Part shown: positions 32,164 to 42,316 of the stretch, piece after piece | Numbering within the stretch: position 1 is the first letter of the stretch | How the letters are laid out: each line of letters starts with the position of its first letter | From: a virus | IMG/VR virus record: IMGVR_UViG_3300002835_000050 | Location: 32,001 to 96,000 of that record | Strand: one strand, 5' to 3' | Length of the DNA: 64,000 nucleotides | Translations under genes and position numbers: made by a program | Notes under the pieces: generated by a model | Databases searched by the model: none | What the model was told of the DNA's origin: nothing | The model's input: the letters and a program-made list of their open reading frames with translations, nothing else

Positions 32164-33477
32164 TTATAATTCTAACTTAATAACTTTACCCGGAAGATCA
32201 TTATTCATTTCTGATCTTTCTGATATAACCCATAGGACATTACCTTTAGGTCTAACTGAAGCATCACATTCACCATCTGTAAAATATACTAGACTGGTAA
32301 ACTCTCTCTGATGTTCATTATAATATTCTAAGACAGGATCAAATTGTGTTCCTCCTCTACCATGAACTTCAAGTTCATTCTTTCCTTTATAAGATTCAAT
32401 ACTACGGATACTAGTATCACACTGTATTATAGTAATATCTACTCCTGCTTTATAAATATGATGTATCTCAGACATAAACTCAGTCAATTCATCATTACTT
32501 ACAGAACCTGAAGTATCAATAGCTAATAGCATGTGTTGTTTCATCTTTATCTTAAGACCTGGATTGTCAGAGAATCTTCTATTCTCTTTTCTTCTAATCT
32601 TTTTAGTATAAACTTTTGAACTAACACCGGTAAATCTTCTGATATATCCGCGCCAATCAAATTTAGCTGCAGTAATTTCATCTAATTTAATAACACCATC
32701 AATCTCACCAGGTATAGTACCTCTTTTCTTTATAGTTTGATCTTTAGCATCAGATAAAACTTTTTGCAATTGCTTTTCAATTAACTTTTGCTCAGCTTCA
32801 GTAAGATTCTCAAAGTCTTCCCATGTACTATGATCAGGCATTCCATCATTATCTCCTTGATCCATTTGATCACATAGAGCATCAAAATTAGAATCACCTG
32901 AAGTACCAGTTTGATCTTTCTTATCCTTAGCTTCTCTTAGCTTATCATAATAATAATTAGCACCTGCTTTAATATCTAGATTTAGATCAGCATAATCTTC
33001 TAACATTACACCTCTTGGCGGAAGTTTATCAGCAATTGCTTTTAGTTCCTCTAGTGTAGCATTATTTTCTTTAGCATATTCTAATTCAAGCTGTACAGCT
33101 GTTTTAAGAGCATTAAAACCATCAGCTGATAACTCGGCTCCTGGAAGCCATGTTCTATCAATATACTGATTGATTTCCATATCCATAGCAATGTTTGCTA
33201 GTCTCTTATCTGAATACTTAAAGTATGTAGTAAGATGACCAAATGCAATATGCAATAATTCATGTTTAAGTAGACCTAGTCTATGTTCTTCACTAAGACT
33301 CATCCAAAATGTTTCATTTATACATAACTGATAATTGATACCATTTTTACTTACACCAGCTGTTGGGACTCTTTTGTCATCCCATAGCTTGTTTAACATA
33401 ATGAGAAAGAACCCGTAATAGGGCTCTTTCAACATTAAATCTTTACATATTTTACTAAGACTTTGTTGTTTAGTCAT
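32164..33477 (-). CDS. Metallopeptidase-like plus VWA domain protein (DUF2201-type)
   Basis: HELLH; NIAMDMEIN; MIDAS DTSGS; GRGGT; YFTDG. Confidence 0.85.
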   Translation of the reverse strand: MTKQQSLSKICKDLMLKEPYYGFFLIMLNKLWDDKRVPTAGVSKNGINYQLCINETFWMSLSEEHRLGLLKHELLHIAFGHLTTYFKYSDKRLANIAMDMEINQYIDRTWLPGAELSADGFNALKTAVQLELEYAKENNATLEELKAIADKLPPRGVMLEDYADLNLDIKAGANYYYDKLREAKDKKDQTGTSGDSNFDALCDQMDQGDNDGMPDHSTWEDFENLTEAEQKLIEKQLQKVLSDAKDQTIKKRGTIPGEIDGVIKLDEITAAKFDWRGYIRRFTGVSSKVYTKKIRRKENRRFSDNPGLKIKMKQHMLLAIDTSGSVSNDELTEFMSEIHHIYKAGVDITIIQCDTSIRSIESYKGKNELEVHGRGGTQFDPVLEYYNEHQREFTSLVYFTDGECDASVRPKGNVLWVISERSEMNNDLPGKVIKLEL

Positions 33478-33880
33478 TTCCTTTTAGTTTAATGGAAACT
33501 TCAAATTTCTCAGCTGGATAACCCATCTGACCTAAGAAGCCAATCATATTTTCAGTAAACAATTCCATGAAAAGTTCAATAGATTGATTACTAGCTTTAC
33601 CTTCTGTCATTGCTGATAGACAAGAACCAGTGCTTAACTCAGCACCTTCTTCTTTAGTAAATTTAGTTACAGCATTTCTAATTGCTATTTCACAAGTAGG
33701 ACATGCTGTTTCCCATTCTTTTATAGATAACTTACCATATTTATATAATACAATAAGTTCACCTAAATATTTTTCTGTGTCAACTCCTTTAAGAGCTTCA
33801 AATGCCACCACAGCATTTTCATTATCTGTAGAACGTAACATGTTCAACAGGTTCTTTGTTTCTTCTTTGCTAAAAATCAT
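33470..33880 (-). CDS. Hypothetical protein
   Basis: Contains MLRSTDNENAVVAFE; overlaps the VWA gene start. Confidence 0.65.
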   Translation of the reverse strand: MIFSKEETKNLLNMLRSTDNENAVVAFEALKGVDTEKYLGELIVLYKYGKLSIKEWETACPTCEIAIRNAVTKFTKEEGAELSTGSCLSAMTEGKASNQSIELFMELFTENMIGFLGQMGYPAEKFEVSIKLKGND

Positions 33881-33881
33881 A

Positions 33882-34004
33882 TCATTTAATATTTAAAAAG
33901 GTAATCAAATCTTGAACTTTTTCCATTATCTCATCTTTAAGTTCATCTGTAAGTGTTTGTAATTCTAAATTGTACAACCACTCATTAAATTCATCTTCTG
34001 TCAT
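33882..34004 (-). CDS. 40-aa acidic mini-protein (not in track)
   Basis: MTEDEFNEWLYNLELQTLTDELKDEIMEKVQDLITFLNIK fills the gap with coupled start and stop. Confidence 0.55.
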   Translation of the reverse strand: MTEDEFNEWLYNLELQTLTDELKDEIMEKVQDLITFLNIK

Positions 34005-34345
34005 CAGTCTTCAATTTTAAGTGTTTTAATCATCCATTCTGTGGGTGTATTAATATTATCCACCCATTCTTTTGCACTTGGAATATATCCATTGCAATCT
34101 TCTTTTACATGTTGTTCTCCAACATATCTTATGTAGACTCTTTTGCCTACAGAATTTACAAAATAAGTACCAAAAGTTTTTTCACATTCAAATATACCCT
34201 CACTATGATGACGGAACATTCTATGTTTACTGTGACCAATCCAGGCCTTTGTAGCATCAAACCATTCATGAATATGCATATATTCTGATGGTTCACCACC
34301 CCATTTACGGGCACTGCTTCTACTATGATCATATGGGTGTGACAT
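34004..34345 (-). CDS. DUF6915-like His-rich protein
   Basis: HPYDHSRSSARKWGG...IHEWFD...HRMFRHHSEG...GEQHVKED. Confidence 0.7.
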   Translation of the reverse strand: MSHPYDHSRSSARKWGGEPSEYMHIHEWFDATKAWIGHSKHRMFRHHSEGIFECEKTFGTYFVNSVGKRVYIRYVGEQHVKEDCNGYIPSAKEWVDNINTPTEWMIKTLKIED

Positions 34346-34346
34346 A

Positions 34347-34604
34347 TTACAAATTTTTAAATTCTTTTTCTAGATCTAATATCTCCAAAGTAATACTGTC
34401 ATATTCTTTTTTAATTAGATCATCTATACCTTCTTTATCATATAAAGACACTTCATTTTTTCTAGAAAAAGATCCCGTTGAATAATTTACTACTGCTGAT
34501 ATAGAACAAGATTTTAGAGCATTTTCAAGTCCTCTCTGTCTAAATTTAAGAGTATTAATCTTTTCTTGTAATTCTTTAGCTTCTTTAAATTTTAATTCAT
34601 CCAT
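34347..34604 (-). CDS. Hypothetical protein
   Basis: ORF in operon. Confidence 0.6.
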   Translation of the reverse strand: MDELKFKEAKELQEKINTLKFRQRGLENALKSCSISAVVNYSTGSFSRKNEVSLYDKEGIDDLIKKEYDSITLEILDLEKEFKNL

Positions 34605-35028
34605 TATAGTCTAAAGTTTGATTAATTAAATTACCAGCATGAGTATAGTGCTCTGTATTAGTAATATAAACTGAGTTATCAATTGTATATTTACCAGAAG
34701 GAACAAGAATAGACAACACACCATAACCTCCATCATTGTTCCACCAATCCTCAATATCACCAAGAATTTTATCATTGGCAAAATCTTCAATATCTGAATA
34801 AATTCCACTATCAAGATCACTTAAATTTGGAGCTGCGTCATGTCCATATGTAGGTAATTCTGAAATATAATCAAATGCTATTTCTTCATCTTTATCTAAA
34901 GTTTGAGTAGTATACATAATACTGTCAATACATCCTGAATCACCACCACCAGAATATTCTACTCTAATACCGGTCACACCACGGTCAGCCAACTGTAATA
35001 GAAGGCCTGTCATATCAATTTCTGTCAT
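34597..35028 (-). CDS. DUF6878-like protein
   Basis: VEYSGGGDSGCI...DWWNNDGGYG. Confidence 0.65.
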   Translation of the reverse strand: MTEIDMTGLLLQLADRGVTGIRVEYSGGGDSGCIDSIMYTTQTLDKDEEIAFDYISELPTYGHDAAPNLSDLDSGIYSDIEDFANDKILGDIEDWWNNDGGYGVLSILVPSGKYTIDNSVYITNTEHYTHAGNLINQTLDYNG

Positions 35029-35240
35029 AATTTTGCTTTTTGTATAAAATATTTTGCTACTTCAGGAATGTGTTTCTTGTAATAAGGTTGATTATCCTTA
35101 CACCAAGTTTTTACTTCCTCTTTACTCTTAAATGGCTTTTGCCAAGAGTTATTATTCATAATCATATTAAATGTTGGTTCTAGCTCATCAATAAATGCTT
35201 GAACTGTCCAACCTTCCCTGATATGTCTGTCATTACTCAT
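35025..35240 (-). CDS. Hypothetical protein
   Basis: Likely start MSNDRH; WCKDNQPYYKKHIP. Confidence 0.55.
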   Translation of the reverse strand: MSNDRHIREGWTVQAFIDELEPTFNMIMNNNSWQKPFKSKEEVKTWCKDNQPYYKKHIPEVAKYFIQKAKL

Positions 35241-35241
35241 A

Positions 35242-35667
35242 TTATTTTGTTTTAAAAAAGCGTCCCAAGATATTCCCATTAAGGAATCCTTCTTTTTCAA
35301 GCACTTCATATTTAAACTGGTGCTTTACTTCTTGATAAGTCAATTCCATTGCTGAGTAGCAAATCATTAGAATTTCCCTTTTAATTACAACACCTGCTTT
35401 GTGAGCATCTTTAAGAGTTTTATTACTACTATAGTATTTCATAAAGTCAGGTCTAAGTTCCCGGGTGTATTTCTTTAACCTCTTGTCAGTAGACATAGCC
35501 AAAGCTTTCTTACCCATAGGTTTTTTTATATTAGCAAAGAAGTTCTTCTTGCCAATGTATGCAACAGACTTACCATCAATGATAGCAGTCATAATGTAAA
35601 TGAATCCAATACCTCCTTCTGGAATACAGGAATCATCAAACTCTTTACCTTTATATATCCAACTCAT
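35242..35667 (-). CDS. GIY-YIG family endonuclease-like
   Basis: GFIYIM...YIGKK...YYSS...E...NGNI. Confidence 0.7.
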   Translation of the reverse strand: MSWIYKGKEFDDSCIPEGGIGFIYIMTAIIDGKSVAYIGKKNFFANIKKPMGKKALAMSTDKRLKKYTRELRPDFMKYYSSNKTLKDAHKAGVVIKREILMICYSAMELTYQEVKHQFKYEVLEKEGFLNGNILGRFFKTK

Positions 35668-35939
35668 ACATATTTTATAGTTAAATGATAAACATCTATT
35701 CTTAATCTTAACTCCATGTTCTCTAACTCAAATATTGCAAGCTTTTTATTTAACTCTTCAACTTGTTCTTCAAGAAGTTCATTTTGTTCTCCAAGAGTTT
35801 CAATTTGATCTTTTAAATCACCAATTTCAGTATTTACATCTTCTAATTCTCTTTCAATTTTTTCTCTTAGATTATCAAATTCATATCTTGCAGAAGAGAT
35901 ATGATCTTCTAAATCATTCATTGATTTTTCTAAACTCAT
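35664..35939 (-). CDS. Coiled-coil protein
   Basis: Heptad-rich ORF coupled to its neighbours. Confidence 0.6.
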   Translation of the reverse strand: MSLEKSMNDLEDHISSARYEFDNLREKIERELEDVNTEIGDLKDQIETLGEQNELLEEQVEELNKKLAIFELENMELRLRIDVYHLTIKYV

Positions 35940-36919
35940 AATGCTTGTTTTAATAGTGGAAATAATTTATCTCTTACAGCTTCAACACCATAGTCTTTTA
36001 CAGAATCTGATAGATCTTTAGACATGTCAAGTACTACAAAGTTAAAACCATACTTGTCTTTATATCTCTGAGCAGCTTTTATGCCAGGCTCATCATTATC
36101 AAACAGTACAATGATTTTATCATAGTGTGGTATTAGTTTACTCATTACAGATTCTCCAATCATAGTATTTTCACTATCCGGAGCAATACATTCTACATTA
36201 CTAATACCAAGCTTTCTAAAACACATAAGATCTTTAAGTGATGATGTAATTACTAAGTACTTACAATTATACTGTAATTGATCTATTCCCTGAACATAAT
36301 TTTGAACTTTAATAAACTTCTTATTTATATTCTTAGGCATGTAGATTTTATACAGTTCACCATCATCTCTAAAATAACCATATAAGAAAGGTTTATTAAA
36401 TGCAAATGAAGTCATAGAGCTATCTTCTTCTTTTTTCTCCATAGTAAAATATGCCAAAGGTGCCACATTATATGTTGTCAAAAGTGTAGAGCTAATCTTA
36501 AAGCTTGTCCAAAAAATAGAATCTAAGTTAGTCCAGTGTCTCATTTCATAATCAACTACTTTGAACTTATCATGGAATTTAAACTCTGTTTTAGGTTGTA
36601 CATTATGATTTAGAACATAGTCTTGATAATCATTTATTATTTTACTAACAGCATTTCCTCTTTCAGGTAAGTTAAACAATAACTTTACTAATTGTATGTT
36701 ATCTCCCTGATAACCAGATGAAAAATCCTTAAACTTATAAATCATATTGTTACTATCCATGTAAATAAACATAGATGGTATCTTATCTTTAGAATTAAAT
36801 GCAGAAAGTATTTTAATATCTTGACCTAAAAGTTTTTCCTTTAAGTTTAAATAATATTCAAAAGGCCATTCTATAGGCACCTGAGAAAGTTTAGATATTA
36901 TATTCTTAGTTGAAATCAT
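35936..36919 (-). CDS. DNA primase (TOPRIM)
   Basis: PSM...FKDFSSG..GD; ITSSLKD; LFDNDEPG; KDLSD; start MISTK at 36919. Confidence 0.8.
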   Translation of the reverse strand: MISTKNIISKLSQVPIEWPFEYYLNLKEKLLGQDIKILSAFNSKDKIPSMFIYMDSNNMIYKFKDFSSGYQGDNIQLVKLLFNLPERGNAVSKIINDYQDYVLNHNVQPKTEFKFHDKFKVVDYEMRHWTNLDSIFWTSFKISSTLLTTYNVAPLAYFTMEKKEEDSSMTSFAFNKPFLYGYFRDDGELYKIYMPKNINKKFIKVQNYVQGIDQLQYNCKYLVITSSLKDLMCFRKLGISNVECIAPDSENTMIGESVMSKLIPHYDKIIVLFDNDEPGIKAAQRYKDKYGFNFVVLDMSKDLSDSVKDYGVEAVRDKLFPLLKQAL

Positions 36920-36931
36920 AATCAGATAATT

Positions 36932-36972
36932 AAAAATTAATGGGGACACCTTATCTGACATCCCCATTAATT
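36932..36972 (-). terminator. Hairpin/terminator between SSB-like and primase genes
   Basis: AATTAATGGGGA...TCCCCATTAATT inverted repeat. Confidence 0.55.
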
Positions 36973-36980
36973 AATTAAAA

Positions 36981-37667
36981 TTAATCTAGAGAGAAATCAG
37001 AAGATGTTTTAGATGGGATAGATAAATTATCATCATCATCACCAAATTTATTTACTTCTTTTACTTCAGCTTTTTTCAAGTGAAGAGCCTCATTGTAAGT
37101 CATTAGTTTATCACCTTCAGTTTCAGTGTAAACATAAGTACCTCTATCAGCTTTTGGTAAATACATATCATAATTAGTATAACCTGTTTTACCAACATAC
37201 TCTTTACCTGCAATACAGAAATCAAGATAGATATCTTTGTAGACACCACTTTTATTAAATGCACTTACAAAGTCTTCAATAGTATCATGTTTACCATCTT
37301 GAGATGTGAACCAATCACTTACTCCTAATGCTTTAGATAAGTTTTGTAAGAAGATTAAAACTGATCTATCTCTTTGGATCTTGATACCAGTTTTAGTCTC
37401 ACCGTCTGCAAATGCATACTGACTTGCTTTGATTCTACCAATTTGACCAGCATAATGACCTTTACTTGCATCATCTTTGTCAATCATGAAACCTTCAAAT
37501 CCTTCTAAAGGTTCTGTTTCTACATTTAATATCATGTGTTTTGCACCATCAATAAATGTAAAGTCTTCCAAGACAATACTGTTAATTTTTAAAGTGTGAT
37601 TACCTGGTGCAATTGTTTTTGCCATTCCTGATCCACCTGTTCCTAAGTCTGTTGTACTTAAAGCCAT
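36981..37667 (-). CDS. Putative single-stranded DNA-binding protein
   Basis: Lies between Sak4-like and primase genes; beta-rich; acidic/aromatic tail DDDD...DFSLD. Confidence 0.55.
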   Translation of the reverse strand: MALSTTDLGTGGSGMAKTIAPGNHTLKINSIVLEDFTFIDGAKHMILNVETEPLEGFEGFMIDKDDASKGHYAGQIGRIKASQYAFADGETKTGIKIQRDRSVLIFLQNLSKALGVSDWFTSQDGKHDTIEDFVSAFNKSGVYKDIYLDFCIAGKEYVGKTGYTNYDMYLPKADRGTYVYTETEGDKLMTYNEALHLKKAEVKEVNKFGDDDDNLSIPSKTSSDFSLD

Positions 37668-37690
37668 TTTGTTTTATTTTTTATTTGTTA

Positions 37691-38413
37691 TTATACATAA
37701 ATTTTGTCCCAGTGAAACTCTAGTTCACCTTTTTCATTCAATTCAGAAACTACAATTTCTTCATTAGTTAAATGCTTTGGTCTTGCACCACAAGTCACTT
37801 CTTCACTAGTCTTAAATGATAGAATAGTTTTGTTACCTTTTCTATACATATAACCTATTGCATCTGCATTAGCACAGATTAAAGATTTAATTTTACCTGT
37901 CAAATCAATGTTTGCAGCTAATACCATCTCTCCCTTATCATCTATTTGCTTGTCTTTAATGTGACCTGCTAAAATAATATGGGGTGCTAAGGTATCAATA
38001 AAATCTAAAACTTGAAAGAAAGCTTGTCTTAAATATAAATATCCTGCACCATTAGGTAATGATAAGACATTGTCTCCATCATAATTTTTACCCATGCTGG
38101 TTTGTTTATATAACTTTACGGCAAGAGGACCAACCATATCTTCTAAGGCTGTTACAGTATCAATAGTAACATACTTATATGGTTTACCTGCTTCTTTGAT
38201 AGCTTTACCAGCTTCAAGTAATTCTTGTAATGAGCTTACTTGAATTTTTAAAGCATCTACATAATTAGAACCTTCTTCTAAATCAATAATAAGATTATTA
38301 TCTAAACCTGCAAATGCGGTAGTTTTACCAGTTTTTGGCTTAGAATAAATAATTAATCTTTTAGGATTAGTTGATTCTGATTTTACTTTTGTTGTTGGAA
38401 GTACTATACTCAT
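37691..38413 (-). CDS. Sak4-like/AAA_24 ATPase (ssDNA annealing)
   Basis: YSKPKTGKTT; IIDLEEGS; VTIDTVT; ADAIGY. Confidence 0.8.
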   Translation of the reverse strand: MSIVLPTTKVKSESTNPKRLIIYSKPKTGKTTAFAGLDNNLIIDLEEGSNYVDALKIQVSSLQELLEAGKAIKEAGKPYKYVTIDTVTALEDMVGPLAVKLYKQTSMGKNYDGDNVLSLPNGAGYLYLRQAFFQVLDFIDTLAPHIILAGHIKDKQIDDKGEMVLAANIDLTGKIKSLICANADAIGYMYRKGNKTILSFKTSEEVTCGARPKHLTNEEIVVSELNEKGELEFHWDKIYV

Positions 38414-39069
38414 TGTTTAGATATTAATGAATTTAACCAAAGTTTATTACTTACTGGTTTTTTCCACATAATTGCAGCAAAATCAGTAATAGTCATATCT
38501 GACATAGGAGAATCCTCACCAGTAAGAATATCAGCTATTGAAATAGATGCAGTCTCTTCTTTTTTAGGAAATTCTTCTTCAAAATCAGGGAATAAACTAC
38601 TCTGTAATTTTGGTAATTCTTCTTCTTTTGTTTTTGTTTCAGCATCTGCTTTTCTCTTTTCATAAAGAGCATGTGTAATCTCAGTTCCATCTTTTAGAAC
38701 TGCACACATTTCAGATACAGGGACTGTATACAATACATAAGGTTCACCCTTATAATTTGTACCAGTTTTAGTTTCATATTCCTCTACATAGAAAGGATTG
38801 TACTTGTACTTAAATAATTGTCTATCCTCTGAAAATGGTATTACATTTGTAACAACATTATTTGCATCAGTAACATTATCATAGAACTCAACATAGATAT
38901 CTTCTCCTTTACCCACTTCAGATTCAAAAAACTGAACATGTCTACCAAACTTACCTTTTTGGAAAAAGGCTGTTTTGATAATAAAAAATGGGTCCGGGTT
39001 ACCAATAGCTCTAAAGGTATCCATGTGTTGGACAAAAAATTCTTTTTCTTTTTCTTTTCTTACATTCAT
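38410..39069 (-). CDS. Hypothetical replication-module protein
   Basis: ORF between helicase and Sak4-like genes. Confidence 0.65.
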   Translation of the reverse strand: MNVRKEKEKEFFVQHMDTFRAIGNPDPFFIIKTAFFQKGKFGRHVQFFESEVGKGEDIYVEFYDNVTDANNVVTNVIPFSEDRQLFKYKYNPFYVEEYETKTGTNYKGEPYVLYTVPVSEMCAVLKDGTEITHALYEKRKADAETKTKEEELPKLQSSLFPDFEEEFPKKEETASISIADILTGEDSPMSDMTITDFAAIMWKKPVSNKLWLNSLISKQ

Positions 39070-39078
39070 AATTGTTTT

Positions 39079-40080
39079 TTAAATTGACATTTTCTTTGTT
39101 GCTTGGGCAGGAGTGTCTATTTCAATAATTCTCATGGTAGTCCTATCTAGTTTAAAGAAACTAATTCTAGTTGTACCATTTCTTGACTTCAAAAAGTGAA
39201 ACACCAACATGTCCTCATCATTGATAAGAAATCTTTCTGGACCATATTGTCTAATTTTTCTAATTGAAGGTTTGTTAATTCCCATAACTACATCAGCATG
39301 TTGCAATAAAGCATCTGAACCATAGATATCTGAATCAAGAATATAATTTCCATATTCACCATCCCGTTGTCTATCTGGTGCATCTATGTTTCTATTTAAT
39401 TGGCTAAGAACTACAAAAGCAACTGGATATTTCTTTTTCATCATAGTGAGAGCTTCACCTAAGCTATTTAACATCTCAAATTTATCCTTTTGTCCTTTAC
39501 CTACTCTAAATAGTGCAGAATGATCAATGCCAACAAGTAAGTTAGTATAAGTACCATCTTCTCTTTGGTTTTGCTCCATTTCATAATGAATTGTAGCACA
39601 CATCTCATCTACTGTACATGCATCATAAACAACATTAATAAAATCACTATTAGTGGTTTTATTATAATAGTCTACACATTTGTAGAATATTTTTTCATCT
39701 ACGGGATGTCCCCCCTTACTCATAAGAGTATTGTAATCAGCACCTGTATTCAGACTTAATTTTCTTACCCCACTGGTTTCATCAACCATCTCCATCTGGA
39801 ATTTAAGAACTCTAAATTCTTGGTCAGCATTGTGTTCAATAATATCACTAATCAACTGTTCCATGAATAAAGTTTTCCCAGTACCGGGTCTAGCACCTAC
39901 TATGGTGATAGTTCTCCATTCTAATCCATCACAAAAAGCATCATTAAATTTGGGCCATGCACTTTTAAGAGATTGTAACTCCCCTTTTCTTCTTGCTTTG
40001 ATTTTTAAGATAGCTTTTCTTAAAGCATCTCTTTCACTAACAGGCTTTAGCGGCCTGGCTCCATTAAATAAATCTGCCAT
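39079..40080 (-). CDS. dnaB: DnaB-like replicative helicase
   Basis: GARPGTGKT; FQMEM; IDH; LSQLNR; HADVV; KSRNG. Confidence 0.88.
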   Translation of the reverse strand: MADLFNGARPLKPVSERDALRKAILKIKARRKGELQSLKSAWPKFNDAFCDGLEWRTITIVGARPGTGKTLFMEQLISDIIEHNADQEFRVLKFQMEMVDETSGVRKLSLNTGADYNTLMSKGGHPVDEKIFYKCVDYYNKTTNSDFINVVYDACTVDEMCATIHYEMEQNQREDGTYTNLLVGIDHSALFRVGKGQKDKFEMLNSLGEALTMMKKKYPVAFVVLSQLNRNIDAPDRQRDGEYGNYILDSDIYGSDALLQHADVVMGINKPSIRKIRQYGPERFLINDEDMLVFHFLKSRNGTTRISFFKLDRTTMRIIEIDTPAQATKKMSI

Positions 40081-40083
40081 AAT

Positions 40084-40266
40084 TTAATTGTTTAAAGTCT
40101 GGACTTTAGCTTTGTTGTACATATAATGTAGTATACTTATAATAACTTCTATTGCTATATATTGACCTATTGTAACAGTTACAATAAATAAATCAACAAT
40201 GAAGAAAGCTATAATACTACCTATAATTGCCCAAAAAGTTAAAATCACATTTTTGCTGATTCTCAT
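40084..40266 (-). CDS. Small two-TM membrane protein
   Basis: Two hydrophobic segments. Confidence 0.55.
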   Translation of the reverse strand: MRISKNVILTFWAIIGSIIAFFIVDLFIVTVTIGQYIAIEVIISILHYMYNKAKVQTLNN

Positions 40267-40859
40267 TATACAATTCTCTCTTTAAAATAATTAGTATCCT
40301 CATCCAAAGAATTATTAACTTGATCACAGTATGTTGCTAAATCAGATTCAAAAGATTTATCTATGTTTTGCTTCCTGATAAAATATTGTGCAGTCCTCAT
40401 AAACTCATAGTTCCTTACACTGTATTCATCAACATACTTTTCTGTGGCTGACAAAATTGTTGGCCAATCATAATCAAAATTCTCAAAGAACCATCTAAAA
40501 CTAACTTCAAGATTCTTGGCATTTACTCTAGCATATTTTCCAGAGGAGAGTTTCCTATTAGGGAATATTTCTACATACTCCTGGATTTTATCTGTAAAGT
40601 CCTGACCTAGTAATAATTGAGAAGTTTTTTTCTTGGTTTTTTTGAAGAAACTATTAATTTCATCTATAAAGATAATACTTTTTGTTGTTAATTTCAAATC
40701 TTTGTCAAGCCATTTATCATTTTTTAACTTTGTAACCTCAAGACTTTTACTAACAAAATTATTTGGTACAGTCTTTTCTTTTATACAATGTAATACATAA
40801 TATGTATTGGGAGTTAAACCCTCTTGTATTAATCTGTTAAATATTTCTGTCATTACCAA
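40266..40859 (-). CDS. Putative replication initiator/helicase-loader-like protein
   Basis: Upstream of the helicase; EIFP..., YEFMRTAQYFI resemble phage Rep C-terminal domains. Confidence 0.4.
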   Translation of the reverse strand: MVMTEIFNRLIQEGLTPNTYYVLHCIKEKTVPNNFVSKSLEVTKLKNDKWLDKDLKLTTKSIIFIDEINSFFKKTKKKTSQLLLGQDFTDKIQEYVEIFPNRKLSSGKYARVNAKNLEVSFRWFFENFDYDWPTILSATEKYVDEYSVRNYEFMRTAQYFIRKQNIDKSFESDLATYCDQVNNSLDEDTNYFKERIV

Positions 40860-41566
40860 ATAATTTTAGTGTTGTGTGTTTTTTCAACAAGATTGTTAAC
40901 TTCATTGAATACATTTTGTGAATCCCAAGTTTTAGAACCTGCATATGCAGCACTAGCTGGATGACTCACATAAAATTTGTAGTTGTTTTCATTTACAGCA
41001 TCAGACCAAGTCTTAGCTTCTTTACCCATATAAACATAAACTAAGCCGTTTACATTCCAAGTTAAATAATCAAACAAGTAAGCTAAGAAAGGCTGCCATA
41101 TAGTATAATGTTGTCCTATTTTACTTACTGTAGTTGATAGAGCTGTATTAAGCATAAGTATACCTTGATTTGACCATCTAGTCAGATCAGGATTTAAAGA
41201 TCCCGGATGTCCTTTGTAAACATGCCTGTTAATTTCTTCAAGCATATACTTAAGACTAGTCTCTGCTACATTAGTATTACCACAACTAAATGCAATACCA
41301 TCAGCTACTTCAAATTGAGGATAGGGATCTTGTCCAAGAATAACTACTTTAAGTTCATCTATAGGACACTCTTCAAATGCTCTAAACATTTGACTTAACT
41401 TAGGTGTAAACCTTTTACCTTCTGATGATAATTTTGCTAATTCTTTAATAATATTATCAAAGTCACTACTATATATAAAGCCTCTAAGTTTTATTGCCCA
41501 GCCAGATTTTTCTAGCCTTTGATAAAGTTTATTTTTAATATCTTCAAGATCAAGTTGTTGTTTCAT
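40853..41566 (-). CDS. ung: Uracil-DNA glycosylase (family 1)
   Basis: VVILGQDPY; ADGIAFS; WSNQGILMLNTAL; SHPAS; start MKQQ at 41566 behind TAACTTTG. Confidence 0.9.
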   Translation of the reverse strand: MKQQLDLEDIKNKLYQRLEKSGWAIKLRGFIYSSDFDNIIKELAKLSSEGKRFTPKLSQMFRAFEECPIDELKVVILGQDPYPQFEVADGIAFSCGNTNVAETSLKYMLEEINRHVYKGHPGSLNPDLTRWSNQGILMLNTALSTTVSKIGQHYTIWQPFLAYLFDYLTWNVNGLVYVYMGKEAKTWSDAVNENNYKFYVSHPASAAYAGSKTWDSQNVFNEVNNLVEKTHNTKIIW

Positions 41567-41599
41567 ATTTTTTATTAATTTTGTTACAAAGTTATAATT

Positions 41600-41905
41600 A
41601 TGGCGGTAAAAGTAAAAGAAATGAAAGATGATGCTATTCTTAGCATTCAGGTAAATAAAGGATATTACCAAATGGTAAAAGCATTATCATTCTATTTATT
41701 TATTCAGTTTAAAGGTGATAACAAAGAAGCTTATCTAAAAGAAGCAATTGAAAAAGGTTATGCAGATTTAGATGATTTACAAAAATCATTTTATACTGTT
41801 GCTTTATTGCTTGGTGAGATAGAAAAAACTGCAATTGCTGAAGGTTTAGTAGTAGAAAAAGAAATTCTTCAACCGGGAGATGAAGGTTATGTAGAACCTA
41901 AGTAA
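41600..41905 (+). CDS. Hypothetical protein divergent from ung
   Basis: ORF on the opposite strand with typical codon use. Confidence 0.65.
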   Translation: MAVKVKEMKDDAILSIQVNKGYYQMVKALSFYLFIQFKGDNKEAYLKEAIEKGYADLDDLQKSFYTVALLLGEIEKTAIAEGLVVEKEILQPGDEGYVEPK

Positions 41906-42275
41906 GGTTCATATTATAATTATCTCTTCCTATTGCAATACAAGCTTCAATTGCTAAAGCTAACTCATCTTTGCTACAATCAGCAAATGATTTACATATT
42001 TGCGCATGTTCTGCCTCATAGCATAACCCAGATGATTCTTTAATTAATTGTTTCATTTCATTAAAGTTATATCCAGATTCTTTAGCTAATTCTCTTATAC
42101 ATGCATGCACTTTTGCTAGTTGAGCAACTGATGCATTCTCTGATGTTAAGCCAATAAACATCTCAACTTCTTGGCCTTCAGATAATTTATCTAAAAATAA
42201 TTGATAATTTAACTTGGATTTATCATTAGGATAACTTAACTTTCCATCCTGTTTGATTAGTTTTACAGTAAACAT
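41898..42275 (-). CDS. Hypothetical protein (possibly NinB-like)
   Basis: QLAKVHACIRELAKESG...KSFADCSK. Confidence 0.5.
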   Translation of the reverse strand: MFTVKLIKQDGKLSYPNDKSKLNYQLFLDKLSEGQEVEMFIGLTSENASVAQLAKVHACIRELAKESGYNFNEMKQLIKESSGLCYEAEHAQICKSFADCSKDELALAIEACIAIGRDNYNMNLT

Positions 42276-42316
42276 GTTGATTATTTTTTGTATATTAATA
42301 ATAGATTGATTAAAAT

